This document shows positions 37,375 through 46,971 of a stretch of 64,000 nt of DNA, one piece after another. A model generated the notes under the pieces. The model saw nothing but the letters and a program-made list of their open reading frames with translations. It was not told where the DNA came from and did no database searches. The position numbers were made by a program, and so were the translations under genes. This DNA comes from Polyangiales bacterium (GTDB lineage Bacteria; Myxococcota_A; Polyangia; Polyangiales; Ga0077539): NCBI GenBank assembly GCA_044229975.1, contig JBGARZ010000027.1, positions 1 through 64,000 of the forward strand, in the 5' to 3' direction. Numbering within the stretch: the first letter of the stretch is position 1; every line of letters starts with the position of its first letter.

Positions 37375-40115
37375 GGCGTCACCCGGAAGGTGATCGGGCC
37401 GAGCGCGATCTGCGCCCAGACCTGGCCGTTGGTGTCGCCACCGTTGCCGGTGTCGGCGAGGCCGCTCGCCGAGACGAGGAGCCCCCCTGGGTCACTGAAG
37501 GAGCCCCGCGCGATGGCCGCCGCGCGAAGGTCGAACGGGTCCGTGGAGGTTCCGCGGACGCTGAGGCTGAACCCCGGGGGCAGCGCCACGATGCGCTGCG
37601 CGAAGTCCCAGCGGAGGGTCATCCATGCGGCCCCGCGCGTGCGGTCACCGCCGTTCTCCTGCCAGGTGACGTCGATGCGCAGCGTCGCGGAGGTAGGCGA
37701 CGTCAACGACCACGCACCCGCGACCGACAGCGTCTCGTTGCCGTCGAGCTCGTGGTCTCCGGCGACCGGCACGCTGAACATCCGCGGCGGCGTGTACGCC
37801 GCCCGCGTGACCACGCCGTCGCAGTTGTCGTCCGAGTTGCTCCCGATACCCTCGGCGCGCGGCGTAACCTCACCGATGCAGGCCGACGTGCGACCGCCGG
37901 TGCACGTCTGCGTGCCGCCGCGGCAGATCCCGCGGTTGAGCGTCGAAGCGCCGCCCGAGTAGCAGGTGCGCGTGAGCCCGTCGTCGGGCACGGTGTTGCA
38001 GTCGTCGTCGGCGCCGTTACACACCTCCGCGCGCGGGGGCCCCGCGACCGCGTCGCAGTAGGGCGCCCCCGAGAGGGGGTTGCAGGTCCACGATCCGGCG
38101 CGCGAGCAGGCCCCCACGCCGCTGGAGCACGGCCCCGAGCGGACGCACGCGCCGCGGCAGAGCTGCGTCCCCACCGGGCAGGTGGCGACGCACACGCCGC
38201 GCTCGCAGGACGCCGTGCCGCCCTGCGGGTCGGCGCAGCGTCGCCGACACGCGCCGCAGCTCTGGAGATCGGAGTTGAGGTCGGTCTCGCAGCCGTTGGC
38301 GGTCGCGCCGTCGCAGTCGCCGAAGCCGTACGCGCAGGCCGCGAGCGTGCAGCGCCCGCCGGAGCAGCGCGGGGTGCCCATGGGAGACGTGCAGGCGACG
38401 CGGCACCCGCCGCAGCTCTCGACGTTGGCGTCGACGTTCGTCTCGCAGCCGTTCTCCGGGTTGCCGTCGCAGTCGGCGTACCCGTTGAAGCACGAGTACC
38501 CGCAGCCGCCCGACCGGCACGCCGCGTTCGCGTTGGCGCGGGTGGCGCACGTGAGCCCGCACGCCCCGCAGTTGCCCGGGTCGCTGCTCGGGTCGGTGCA
38601 CCGCCCGCCGCACGCCGCGAGGCCGCTCGCGCAGCGGAGAGCGCAGCGCCCGGCCTCGCAGGTCTCGCCAGCCCGGCAGGCGTGGCCGCAGACGCCGCAG
38701 TGCTCGCCGTCGGCGGCGAGGTCGACCTCGCAGCCGTCGTCCGCACGCAGGTTGCAGTCGGCCGTTGCGTCGCCGAGGCAACGCGCGCGGCACCGGCCCT
38801 CGACGCACGTTGCACCGGCGGGGCACGCGTCGCCGCACGCGCCGCAGTTCAACGGGTCGCTCTCCAGCAACGCACACATGCCCGTCGCCTCGCAGTAGCT
38901 CTGACCCGGCCGGCAGCTGGACACGCACGAGTTGCGCCCCCCCTCGGCGACGCAGCGAAGTCCGACGGCGCACGCGTTGCCGCAGCCGAGGCAGTCGCCC
39001 GCGCTGACGGCCGCCGTCTCGCACCCGTTCTGCGCGTTGGCGTCGCAGTCGCGTGCGAAGGCCGCGCAGGTGATCACGCACCGCCCGCCCCGGCACGTGG
39101 CCGACGCGGAGTCAGCGCCCGGCAGGAGGCGGCAGTCGATGAGATTCTCCGCCGAGAGGCCGCACGCGCTGACGTCGCTCGTCGGGTCCACGCAGGCGTT
39201 TCCGCGCAGGAGGAAGCCCGTATCGCACGTCACCTGGCAGGCACCGTGAGGGCAAGAGACGGAGCCGTTGCGCGGGGCGTCCCGGCAGCGCTCGCAGGCA
39301 GCTCCGCACGCCGCGGTCGTCTCCCGCACGAACCGCCCGCCGCACCGCACCCACCCTTCGAGGGGCTCGAGCTCGCATGTGGCGTCGCGGCACACGGCCT
39401 GGGCGCCCAGCTCACTCGTGCAGAGATCACAGCGCGTGCCGCACGCGTCGGCGCTCGGGCGCACGGCGTGGCCGCGGCAGATGAGATAGCCGTCGTCGGG
39501 GCGTCGCTGGCACGCGCCGCCCTCGCAGGTCACGCGGATGCCCGGGTCGGCGTCAGTCGGGCACAGCGCCCCGCAGAAGCCGCAGTTGCGCGGGTCGTTG
39601 GCGAGGTCGCGACAGCCGTCGGCGCAGGGCGTCGAGCCGGCGGGGCACCGGCTCCCGCACTGAAGGCCCGCTGCCGCGCGAACGCACTGAGGCGTCGACC
39701 CGCCGCAAGCGCGGCCGCACGTGCCGCAGTGGGCGGTCACGTCCAACGGCTGCTCGCACCCGTTTGCCGGGGACCCGTCGCAGTCGCCGAAGCCGTCGTC
39801 GCAGACGCTGACCGCGCAGCGCCCGGAGACACACCCCATCGCCGCGTGGTTGGACTCGCACGTGGCCCCGCAGGCGCCGCAGTGCTGCGCGTTGGAGCGC
39901 GGGTCGACGCAGTCCCCGCCGCACACGACGAGCGGGGCCAGGCACTCGGGTGGGGCGGGCGTCTCGTCGCGGGTGTCGACGCCGCCGACGTCCAACGTCG
40001 AGACGTCGGACACTGTCGCGGCATCGCCCTCGAACCCGTACGGCATGTGACCGCCGGGGGCACACGCTTCGGGAAGCGATATCAATGCGAGCAAGCCGAA
40101 CTGCAGGAACCTCAT
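37371..40115 (-). CDS. Cys-rich repeat surface protein (D..NCG.CG..C repeats, EVCNGADDDC motif) with non-repetitive C-terminal domain
   Basis: Signal/lipobox-like leader (PEAC); many D..(N/H)CG.CG..C and DCDG...NGCE units; stop overlaps the kinase GTG. Confidence 0.9.
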   Translation of the reverse strand: MRFLQFGLLALISLPEACAPGGHMPYGFEGDAATVSDVSTLDVGGVDTRDETPAPPECLAPLVVCGGDCVDPRSNAQHCGACGATCESNHAAMGCVSGRCAVSVCDDGFGDCDGSPANGCEQPLDVTAHCGTCGRACGGSTPQCVRAAAGLQCGSRCPAGSTPCADGCRDLANDPRNCGFCGALCPTDADPGIRVTCEGGACQRRPDDGYLICRGHAVRPSADACGTRCDLCTSELGAQAVCRDATCELEPLEGWVRCGGRFVRETTAACGAACERCRDAPRNGSVSCPHGACQVTCDTGFLLRGNACVDPTSDVSACGLSAENLIDCRLLPGADSASATCRGGRCVITCAAFARDCDANAQNGCETAAVSAGDCLGCGNACAVGLRCVAEGGRNSCVSSCRPGQSYCEATGMCALLESDPLNCGACGDACPAGATCVEGRCRARCLGDATADCNLRADDGCEVDLAADGEHCGVCGHACRAGETCEAGRCALRCASGLAACGGRCTDPSSDPGNCGACGLTCATRANANAACRSGGCGYSCFNGYADCDGNPENGCETNVDANVESCGGCRVACTSPMGTPRCSGGRCTLAACAYGFGDCDGATANGCETDLNSDLQSCGACRRRCADPQGGTASCERGVCVATCPVGTQLCRGACVRSGPCSSGVGACSRAGSWTCNPLSGAPYCDAVAGPPRAEVCNGADDDCNTVPDDGLTRTCYSGGASTLNRGICRGGTQTCTGGRTSACIGEVTPRAEGIGSNSDDNCDGVVTRAAYTPPRMFSVPVAGDHELDGNETLSVAGAWSLTSPTSATLRIDVTWQENGGDRTRGAAWMTLRWDFAQRIVALPPGFSLSVRGTSTDPFDLRAAAIARGSFSDPGGLLVSASGLADTGNGGDTNGQVWAQIALGPITFRVTP

Positions 40116-40301
40116 CGAACTGTCCTCCGGGTGGCAGGCCTCACGACTCGACGCGCCCGTTCGCGCATCCCCACGATCGTCGCCGTGCTCGCGAGCCCTC
40201 GGGGCGTAACGGCGCCGTTTGCGCCGACGCGCCCGCGGCGGAAGCCACGGTTCATGGCCGAAGTCGCGGCGGCGGACCGCGGTCCCCGCGCGCCCCGACC
40301 T

Positions 40302-40346
40302 CGCGTAACGCGTAACACCGGGCGGTGTGTTACGACTGGTTACGCG
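40302..40346. promoter_or_regulatory. Nested inverted repeat, candidate transcription-factor operator
   Basis: CGTAACAC(40311-18)-N8-GTGTTACG(40327-34) lies inside CGCGTAAC(40302-09)...GTTACGCG(40339-46). Confidence 0.55.
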
Positions 40347-40364
40347 TCCCCAGCGGAGGGCGCT

Positions 40365-42611
40365 TCAGCGGCGGGGCGCGTAGTGATCGAGCATCGAGAC
40401 GAGGCCACTGAACTGCCCAGTGGCCCTCGCCAGTCTCGTGACATCCATCTTGTTGTTGAGACCCAGCTTGCGGGCGAGGAGGTCTCCGGTCGGGCGCGTC
40501 CCTCGGGCGTGGAGACGTTTGATCTCATCAACGAGGCGCTGGAACTCTTCGGGGACCTCTCCGGGGGCCGCGACCGGGGCCACGCCGGTAGGGGCGTGCG
40601 CCTTCGAGCGCCGCCGCGATCCCGGGGTCGACAGGGCTACGCAGAACAAGCTCCCGACGACGTCGAGCACGTGCTGGAGGAACCTTGAGAAGCCGAGGTT
40701 CGGCCGCGAGCGCGCCGCGGGCTCCTTGAGCGGAGGCATCTCGGCCCGCACGCCGACCACTACGAGGTAGGCGTCGCTCTCCGGAACGCGCAGGCGATAC
40801 GCGTTGAACTCCGCGGTGCCCACCTTGACCGGTCGCTCGCGGAGCGCGCGGACGATTTCCGCGTCGGCGCCCTCCTGCGCCTCGCTGGTCGAGAGCTCGC
40901 TGACGTCCTTCGTCAGCGCGGTTGCGATCGCGCTCTCAAGCGTCTGCGCCGCGGCGATGACCTTCGCGGGCGGGCCGGCGGAGATCAGGAGCACGGACCT
41001 CGCGCCGAGCTGGGTCGCGAGTGCGGCGAGGCCCCCGTCGACCCCGCGCCGCGCGAGCGCGGCGGAGACCCTGGCGCGGACGCTCATGCTCAGCGCCCTC
41101 AGGTGAACCCGGGAGAGCCGCTGGATCACGAGGCCGATGAGCCCCGCCGCGTGCTGCAGGTAGCGCAGCTCGCGGTGGGAGAAGCTCGGGCGATGGCGGT
41201 CGAGGTCGAGCGTCGAGTGCCTCCGAGACTGCACTTTGAGCACGCCGCTTGCCCGGCCCTTCTCGAGGGGGACGAAGTCGTAAGTGCGGTTGCCGCTGGG
41301 ATCCCGGCCCGCTGCCTCGCGGACGTTGCGGGCCGCGTCGCGCTTGTACTTTGAGACCCTGTCCGTCGCTGTGGGAGACAGTGGCTCGGCGCAGAACAGG
41401 CCGGGCTCCAGCTCGAAGCCGCACCAGCTCCAGGGACCGTCCCACGCCGACGCGGCAATGTCGCTGTCGAGATGGTGATCGTTTCCGCTGACCCGTTGCT
41501 CCCGCGGTGCGACCGGCAGATCGAGCTTCTCGTAGATTCGCTTGAGCCTCGCGTCCCCGATCACCTGAAACGCGTGATCGGCCGACCTCTCTTGAAATCG
41601 CGAGGCGATGGTCGCGACGTTGGAGAACAGCCACGTGATGCCCACGTACTGGTCGTCACAGGACCCGGGAAGGTCGGGTTTGTATCCAACACCGGCGAGG
41701 ACTCCAAGCCTCCCGTTGGTGTCGGGGGTGAACACCGCGACGGCGGGCGACTGCACCATGGTCGCGACCTCCTTGACGACGTCCGCGATCACCTTGGAGA
41801 TCTGCGGAAAAATCTCGTGATGTCTGCAAGCGTCCTTGTCTTGCTGGATGGGCGCCAGGCGGTGGAGGTCGGCCAGGGTCTTCTCGGCAGCGACGGTCCA
41901 CCACAGCCAGTACTTCTGGGAGAGCACCCTCGCCATCTCCCACGAAGCCGCCGCAAGATTTTCCAGCGCGATCCGGCGTCGGTCCTCAGCCGTGAGCTCA
42001 CGTGACCCGACCACACGGCCCACCTTGAGGATGAGCACCGCGAGGGTCGGCCCGGCTTCGCCGGAACGGACGACGAGCGCAAAGTGCCCGTTGGCGTCAT
42101 CGGTGAAGATCTCCCAGCTCGCCTCGGTGTGCAGTCCGTCGACGCCGACGCGGATGCCGCGCGCTGCCGCGCGCTTCCCGAGGATGCTCGCGCGCCAGTC
42201 CGCGGGCGTGTCGCCGACCAGGGTGAAGTCGTTCTTCCCTCCGTCGACGGCGGCGCGGGAGACGAAGCGCATCTTCCCTCTGCCCTGCATCAGCGCGCCG
42301 GACCAGCGCGGCGTGGACGCTTCGCGCGTGGTCCTGCACCAATTCTTCAGCTCATCGAGCGCGTCCTTGCGCGCGGGGGTGAGCGCAACCGTGATCTCGC
42401 GAATGGTGGTCCGGCTGAGATGGGGTTCAGGCCGGACCGGGCGGAGGAGCAGCACGCCGACGGCGCCCGGCCCGAGGCCGTCGGGCGACTGGATGAACTC
42501 GGTGATGTCCTGCGGCACCTGCTCCGTGTTGCGGGTGGCCCAGAGGTGGGCCCGCCCCAACACGCGGGTCGTCATCGAGATAGCGAAGTGGATCGGTGCG
42601 TCGCGGTCCAT
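40365..42611 (-). CDS. Cytoplasmic multi-GAF-like protein with probable C-terminal HTH
   Basis: GAF-like AVAVFTPDTNGRLGVLAGVGY and VPL...SGVLKVQSR...FSHRELRYLQHAAGLIGLVI; C-terminal TGDLLARKLGLNNKMDVTRLAR; no signal peptide. Confidence 0.7.
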   Translation of the reverse strand: MDRDAPIHFAISMTTRVLGRAHLWATRNTEQVPQDITEFIQSPDGLGPGAVGVLLLRPVRPEPHLSRTTIREITVALTPARKDALDELKNWCRTTREASTPRWSGALMQGRGKMRFVSRAAVDGGKNDFTLVGDTPADWRASILGKRAAARGIRVGVDGLHTEASWEIFTDDANGHFALVVRSGEAGPTLAVLILKVGRVVGSRELTAEDRRRIALENLAAASWEMARVLSQKYWLWWTVAAEKTLADLHRLAPIQQDKDACRHHEIFPQISKVIADVVKEVATMVQSPAVAVFTPDTNGRLGVLAGVGYKPDLPGSCDDQYVGITWLFSNVATIASRFQERSADHAFQVIGDARLKRIYEKLDLPVAPREQRVSGNDHHLDSDIAASAWDGPWSWCGFELEPGLFCAEPLSPTATDRVSKYKRDAARNVREAAGRDPSGNRTYDFVPLEKGRASGVLKVQSRRHSTLDLDRHRPSFSHRELRYLQHAAGLIGLVIQRLSRVHLRALSMSVRARVSAALARRGVDGGLAALATQLGARSVLLISAGPPAKVIAAAQTLESAIATALTKDVSELSTSEAQEGADAEIVRALRERPVKVGTAEFNAYRLRVPESDAYLVVVGVRAEMPPLKEPAARSRPNLGFSRFLQHVLDVVGSLFCVALSTPGSRRRSKAHAPTGVAPVAAPGEVPEEFQRLVDEIKRLHARGTRPTGDLLARKLGLNNKMDVTRLARATGQFSGLVSMLDHYAPRR

Positions 42612-42834
42612 GGTCACCTGCCGATCGGGAGCGGTTGCGGAGTTGCTTCGACTCGGGCAGTTCGGTGCTTCAACGTGGCCCCCTCACTGGCGCTGATTCG
42701 CCCGAGACGGCAACGTTCCTCACGGGCGGTACCCTATCGCGAGGCGATCCCTGTTTTGGCTCCCGTGGCGCCCCCCTGGCCGATTCCAAGGCCTCCCCGC
42801 TTCAGTCGCGGCGGCGGGTGAGGGGATAGGTGAA

Positions 42835-42875
42835 CCGGCTCATGGGCCCGTCGAGGTGAAGGGCCCATGAGCCGG
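42835..42875. repeat. Perfect 15-bp inverted repeat with 11-nt loop
   Basis: CCGGCTCATGGGCCC-gtcgaggtgaa-GGGCCCATGAGCCGG, between divergent genes. Confidence 0.85.
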
Positions 42876-42897
42876 GTGGGTTGACCTGACCGGTACA

Positions 42898-44580
42898 ATG
42901 GACCCCCCGCCTCGATCGTACCGCCCCGACGATCCGCCCGTGCCGCCCGGGGGGTGGCGCAGCGGAGCCACCCGGATGCGGGTGCACTGGCGGTGGCTCG
43001 AGGGGCTGCGCTTCGACGACCAGGGCCGCCTCCGGGCGCGCTGCGGCTGGGGCCACACCGTCCGCACCTGGGATCCGGTCACCGGGGAGGCGCTGGGCGT
43101 CGCGTCCTGGTCGGAGATCGATCCCTGGCCGCAGGGCATCCGCCCCGACGGCGGCTCGGCGGCTCGCCGGGGCGCGCTGGCCGCGTGCTCGCTGGGCGGG
43201 CGGGAGGTCGTGGTGATCGACGCCGACGCGCGGCGCGTGCTGCGCCGGATGTCGCTGCCGGAGCACCACTCGCCGCGGCTGCGGTTCCTGGACGACGGGT
43301 CGCTCGCCGCGCTGCAAATGCGCCACCTGCTGCGCTGGGACGAGGAAGGGCGCCTGCTCACGAGCATCGAACCGCCGGAAGGCACGATCGAGATCCTGCC
43401 GGACGGTGACCTCGTGTGCGTGCGAGACAGGCGCTGGGTGCGGTGCGATCCCGGCGGGCGCGTCCGCTGGAGCGTGGAGCACCGGGGATGGATCACGCCC
43501 TATCCCCAAGAGGGCCGGTGGTGGGTCGGGGTTGAGAGAGAAGGCGCGCTCGTGTTCGACGTCGAGACCGGCGCGGAGGTGCGGCGGGTCGCGCTCGCCT
43601 GGCACAGCGGCTCTGGCCGGCTCGCGGTGTCGGGGGACGGCGCCCTGCTCGCCGTCGGCGGATTCATGGAGCCCGCGCTGGAGGTGTACGACGTGGCGAG
43701 CGGCCGGCGGGTGAACGCGCCCGGCGGGCCCGAGTCCCACGTGATCCGGCTCTTGGCGACGCCGGACGGGCCGGTCTCGCTCGACGCCCGCGGCACGCTG
43801 CGGCGGCACGACCCGACCACCGGGGACGTGCTGGCGGAGTCACGCGGGCGCTGGTGGGACGCGATGCCGGACGGGCGCCGGTTGCTCGCCACCACGCGGG
43901 ATGGAGAACTCGGGGTGCTGGACGCGCACACGCTCGCGGGGGAGGCCCGTGGCGACGGGGCGGCCGTGCGGCTGCTCGGTCGGAGCAGCGACGGGGTATG
44001 GGTGGCGGGGCACCGGAACGCGCTGTTCCCGGTGCCGCAGGAGCCCGCGGTGATCGAGTGCCGGAAGCTCGACGGCCGGGTCCGCAGGCGGAGGGAGGTA
44101 GACGGCGAGTCGGCCTGGATCGAGGCGTCGCGCTCGCGGCACGGGGTCGTGGCGTTGATACGAGACCAAGGGATCGCGCTGGTCGACGCGCGCACGGGCG
44201 CGGTCCGTCTGGAGGCGCCGTGGCGGGTGACGGACGAGGGGTGGCGCCTGACCGGTGCGATCGCCGTGACGGAGGACGGCACGTGGCTCGCCGGCGCCCA
44301 CGACGGCCGCATCGGCGTGCTACGGCCGGAGGCGAAGGTCCTGGAGGCCCGCTTCGGCCTCAGCGCGCCGTGCTCGGCGTCGGCGTTGTGTCCGCTCGGG
44401 GGAGGACGGATCGCCGTGGGCTACGAGCTCGGTCAGGTGCGGGTCTGGGATCTCGCCAGCGGCGCGCTGATCCACGAGTGGGACCTGCACCTCGGGCGGG
44501 TCGAAGCACTCGTCCGGTGGGGCGATCAACTCGTGTCGGCGGGCGAGGACACGACGGTGGTCTCGGTGCCACTGCCCTGA
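42898..44580 (+). CDS. WD40/beta-propeller repeat protein
   Basis: TVRTWDPVTG, LAVSGDGALLAVGG, GQVRVWDLASG, HLGRVEAL...LVSAGEDTTV. Confidence 0.85.
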   Translation: MDPPPRSYRPDDPPVPPGGWRSGATRMRVHWRWLEGLRFDDQGRLRARCGWGHTVRTWDPVTGEALGVASWSEIDPWPQGIRPDGGSAARRGALAACSLGGREVVVIDADARRVLRRMSLPEHHSPRLRFLDDGSLAALQMRHLLRWDEEGRLLTSIEPPEGTIEILPDGDLVCVRDRRWVRCDPGGRVRWSVEHRGWITPYPQEGRWWVGVEREGALVFDVETGAEVRRVALAWHSGSGRLAVSGDGALLAVGGFMEPALEVYDVASGRRVNAPGGPESHVIRLLATPDGPVSLDARGTLRRHDPTTGDVLAESRGRWWDAMPDGRRLLATTRDGELGVLDAHTLAGEARGDGAAVRLLGRSSDGVWVAGHRNALFPVPQEPAVIECRKLDGRVRRRREVDGESAWIEASRSRHGVVALIRDQGIALVDARTGAVRLEAPWRVTDEGWRLTGAIAVTEDGTWLAGAHDGRIGVLRPEAKVLEARFGLSAPCSASALCPLGGGRIAVGYELGQVRVWDLASGALIHEWDLHLGRVEALVRWGDQLVSAGEDTTVVSVPLP

Positions 44581-44624
44581 CGCCCATGGATCATGGAGCG
44601 AGAGGGGGCCGCGGCGGGGGATAG

Positions 44625-45015
44625 GTAGAGCGCCGCTCCCGAAGCCGCGTCCGCGCCACGTCGGCGCCACGCACAGGGCCCAAAGCACGACGAGGTCAGC
44701 GCGCCCTTCGAGCAGGTCGACACCCGGCGTGTTCCACGCGATCACCGCGCTGCCCGCCCGCCGTCCTGCCCACGCCGCGAGAATTCCCCAGTGCGACAGG
44801 TCGAAGCGCGCGGGCTACGCGGTCGGGGGATGATCCGGATCGGCGTCGTAGTCCTTCAGGTACGGCGCGGCGACCCGCTCGGTGAAGAGCTGCGCGCCGT
44901 CGGGCCCCGCCTCCGCCGGGAGAACGATCAGGCGCTCGCTCACCTCGAACGCGATCGACACGCGCGCGTAGTCCGCGAGCGCGGCGGGTGGCTCCTCTCG
45001 AATCTCGACCGCCAT
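44625..45015 (-). pseudogene. GNAT acetyltransferase pseudogene
   Basis: ATG 45015; PYLKDYD...PTA*PARFDLSHWGIL...LEGRADLVVLW...WRGRGFG in one frame with TAG at 44815-44817 (likely TGG>TAG); 3' end lost. Confidence 0.75.
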
Positions 45016-45073
45016 CAGCGGCCCATTCCACGACGGTTCGACACCGAACGACGAGGGCTCATGCGTCGATGGT

Positions 45074-45727
45074 TCAACGACTTGCCCGCGCGGCCCGACG
45101 GTAGGCGAGCACGACCGCTGCGGCGATGACGAGGTCGAGCACCGCAACGCCGTTGACCTTCGGGACGCGAAACAGCGTCGACCCGCCGGGGTCGACTGGG
45201 AAGGTCAGGAAGGGGTCGAGACACGCGCACGCGACGAGCCCCGCCGCCGTCGCCGACGCGATCAGCGCGCGCCTCGCCCGCCGCCAGTGCAACCCGTTCG
45301 CGCCGTCGGGGCTGGCGGCCGTCGCGCGCCCGTCGGCGCGATAGGGGGTCGCCCCGCGCGTCATGTCGACCGCTGCGTCCGGTGCCCGCAGCGGCACGAG
45401 CAGGCACGGCAACGTCGCGGCGAGGAGCCACGGGAGCACCATCGTGCGCGCGCCCCAGTAGAAGAAGCAGGCGCATCCGCCCCGGAAGCAGCCGCTGGTG
45501 ATCGGGAAGCACCACCCGAACGGGACATCGTTCTCGACCCACCACAGTGCGAGGAACGCCGAGAACGCGAGCACCGACAGCACCACCAGCACGGCCCACG
45601 CCCGCAAGGTCCGATGGATCGTTCGGGTCTGCCGCGCGGCGAGGGCGTTGACCGCATCGACCATCGAGGCCGGTTGCTCGACGCCGATCGGGTCGGGAGC
45701 GGTAGTCACCGTCGGCTCGCCGGACAT
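45074..45727 (-). CDS. Integral membrane protein (about 4 TM) with Cys-rich loop
   Basis: ATG 45727; hydrophobic helices; loop WCFPITSGCFRGGCAC; GATPYR linker. Confidence 0.6.
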   Translation of the reverse strand: MSGEPTVTTAPDPIGVEQPASMVDAVNALAARQTRTIHRTLRAWAVLVVLSVLAFSAFLALWWVENDVPFGWCFPITSGCFRGGCACFFYWGARTMVLPWLLAATLPCLLVPLRAPDAAVDMTRGATPYRADGRATAASPDGANGLHWRRARRALIASATAAGLVACACLDPFLTFPVDPGGSTLFRVPKVNGVAVLDLVIAAAVVLAYRRAARASR

Positions 45728-45771
45728 GCGGGTCGGACAACGGGCGACGGAGATTGGTTCCGGCGTCGACG

Positions 45772-46300
45772 TCAGCTCTTCGAGTGCAGCCGACGAAGGG
45801 CTTCGAACTCGTCGGCGAGCTGCTGGTGATCGAACCCGTAGGCATCCGGTAGGCCGCACTCGTAGCCGCTGAAGGTGGCGTCGAGCTCCAGTAGGGTCTG
45901 GTTCGCCATCGCCCGGGTGGTCTCGGTGAGGTTGAAGCGCGACCGCGCGGTGGTCTTGCCGAAACGGCCCGTGCCAGAGCTCGAATCCGGTGACGCCGAA
46001 CCCGGCGGCCTCGCTCCAGAGGTACGTCTGCTCGCGCCACAGCTTGCGAATCGTGAACCCGTCGCGACTCGCCCGAAGAAACGACGCGCGGGGCACCAGT
46101 TGGAGGCCGGCGACGACCCCGCAGACGCCGAAGAAGACGTTGGAACTCCACGCCACGACCTGGCCGAAGGCGTGCACGCGCTCGACGAGCAGCAACACCC
46201 CGAGCGCGACGAGGCCGACGGAGAGCAGAACGCCACCGAGCGCGGTCACAGGTTTCGGTTGAAGGACCGTGACCTCGTCGCCTGAAAAGATCCGGCTCAT
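45772..46300 (-). pseudogene. Frameshifted two-TM plus PH-like domain protein (STM3941-like resemblance)
   Basis: ATG 46300 with GAGGAG RBS; LVPRASFLRASRDGFTIRKLWREQTYLWSE continues in another frame near 45960 as SGYECGLPDAYGFDHQQLADEF. Confidence 0.6.
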
Positions 46301-46659
46301 CCCTCTCTCCTCACCGCCCGCAACCACCGTCCCTTGGACGTACTTTCGCGACGGGCCCTGGTTGGACGGCGAGCGTCGTCAGCCAGTGCGTCGCGGCCGC
46401 GGCGTGCGCCGCGAACAACTCCGCCGCCCGCTCCTCCGGCGGTCGCGTCGGCCCCCCGCCCGTCGATCTCGCCCGCCTACAGGAAGAACGCCTCACAGGA
46501 CGGGTGGTCGTAGTCGTGTCCATCCGCGACTGGGCGAAGCGCCCGACGCCTCGTTGTGGGTTGTCACCCGCCCGCAGAGGCGCTCCGCCAATTCGCTTTC
46601 CGATCTGTAGACCAAGGCGGATCCGCGCCAACGAGGGTGCCGCGTTGGTTCGCCTACTC

Positions 46660-46971
46660 GCCAAGCCTGACGGCGACGAGATCGAGCGCTTCCTGTGGCG
46701 CGAGGCGGCGATCGTCGCGCCGCGGCTGATCCTGCCGGTGGGGGCGCTCGCCATCGAGCAGGTGCTGGGGCACCGCGGGAGGATGGTGGAGGTGATCGGG
46801 ACGCAGCAGCGCGCGCGGTATCACGGCGTCGAGGCGGACGTGATCGCGCTGCCTCACCCGAGCGGGGCGTCGGCGTGGCACCGCGTGGAGCCGGGCAAGG
46901 TGCTGCTCGCGAAGGCGCTGACGCTCATTGAGGTTCAACACCCGGCGTGGGTCGAGGCGACGGCTGACTGA
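46660..46971 (+). pseudogene. 3' fragment of a uracil-DNA glycosylase superfamily gene
   Basis: PRLILPVGALAI and VIALPHPSGAS motif; N-terminal catalytic motif absent. Confidence 0.75.
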
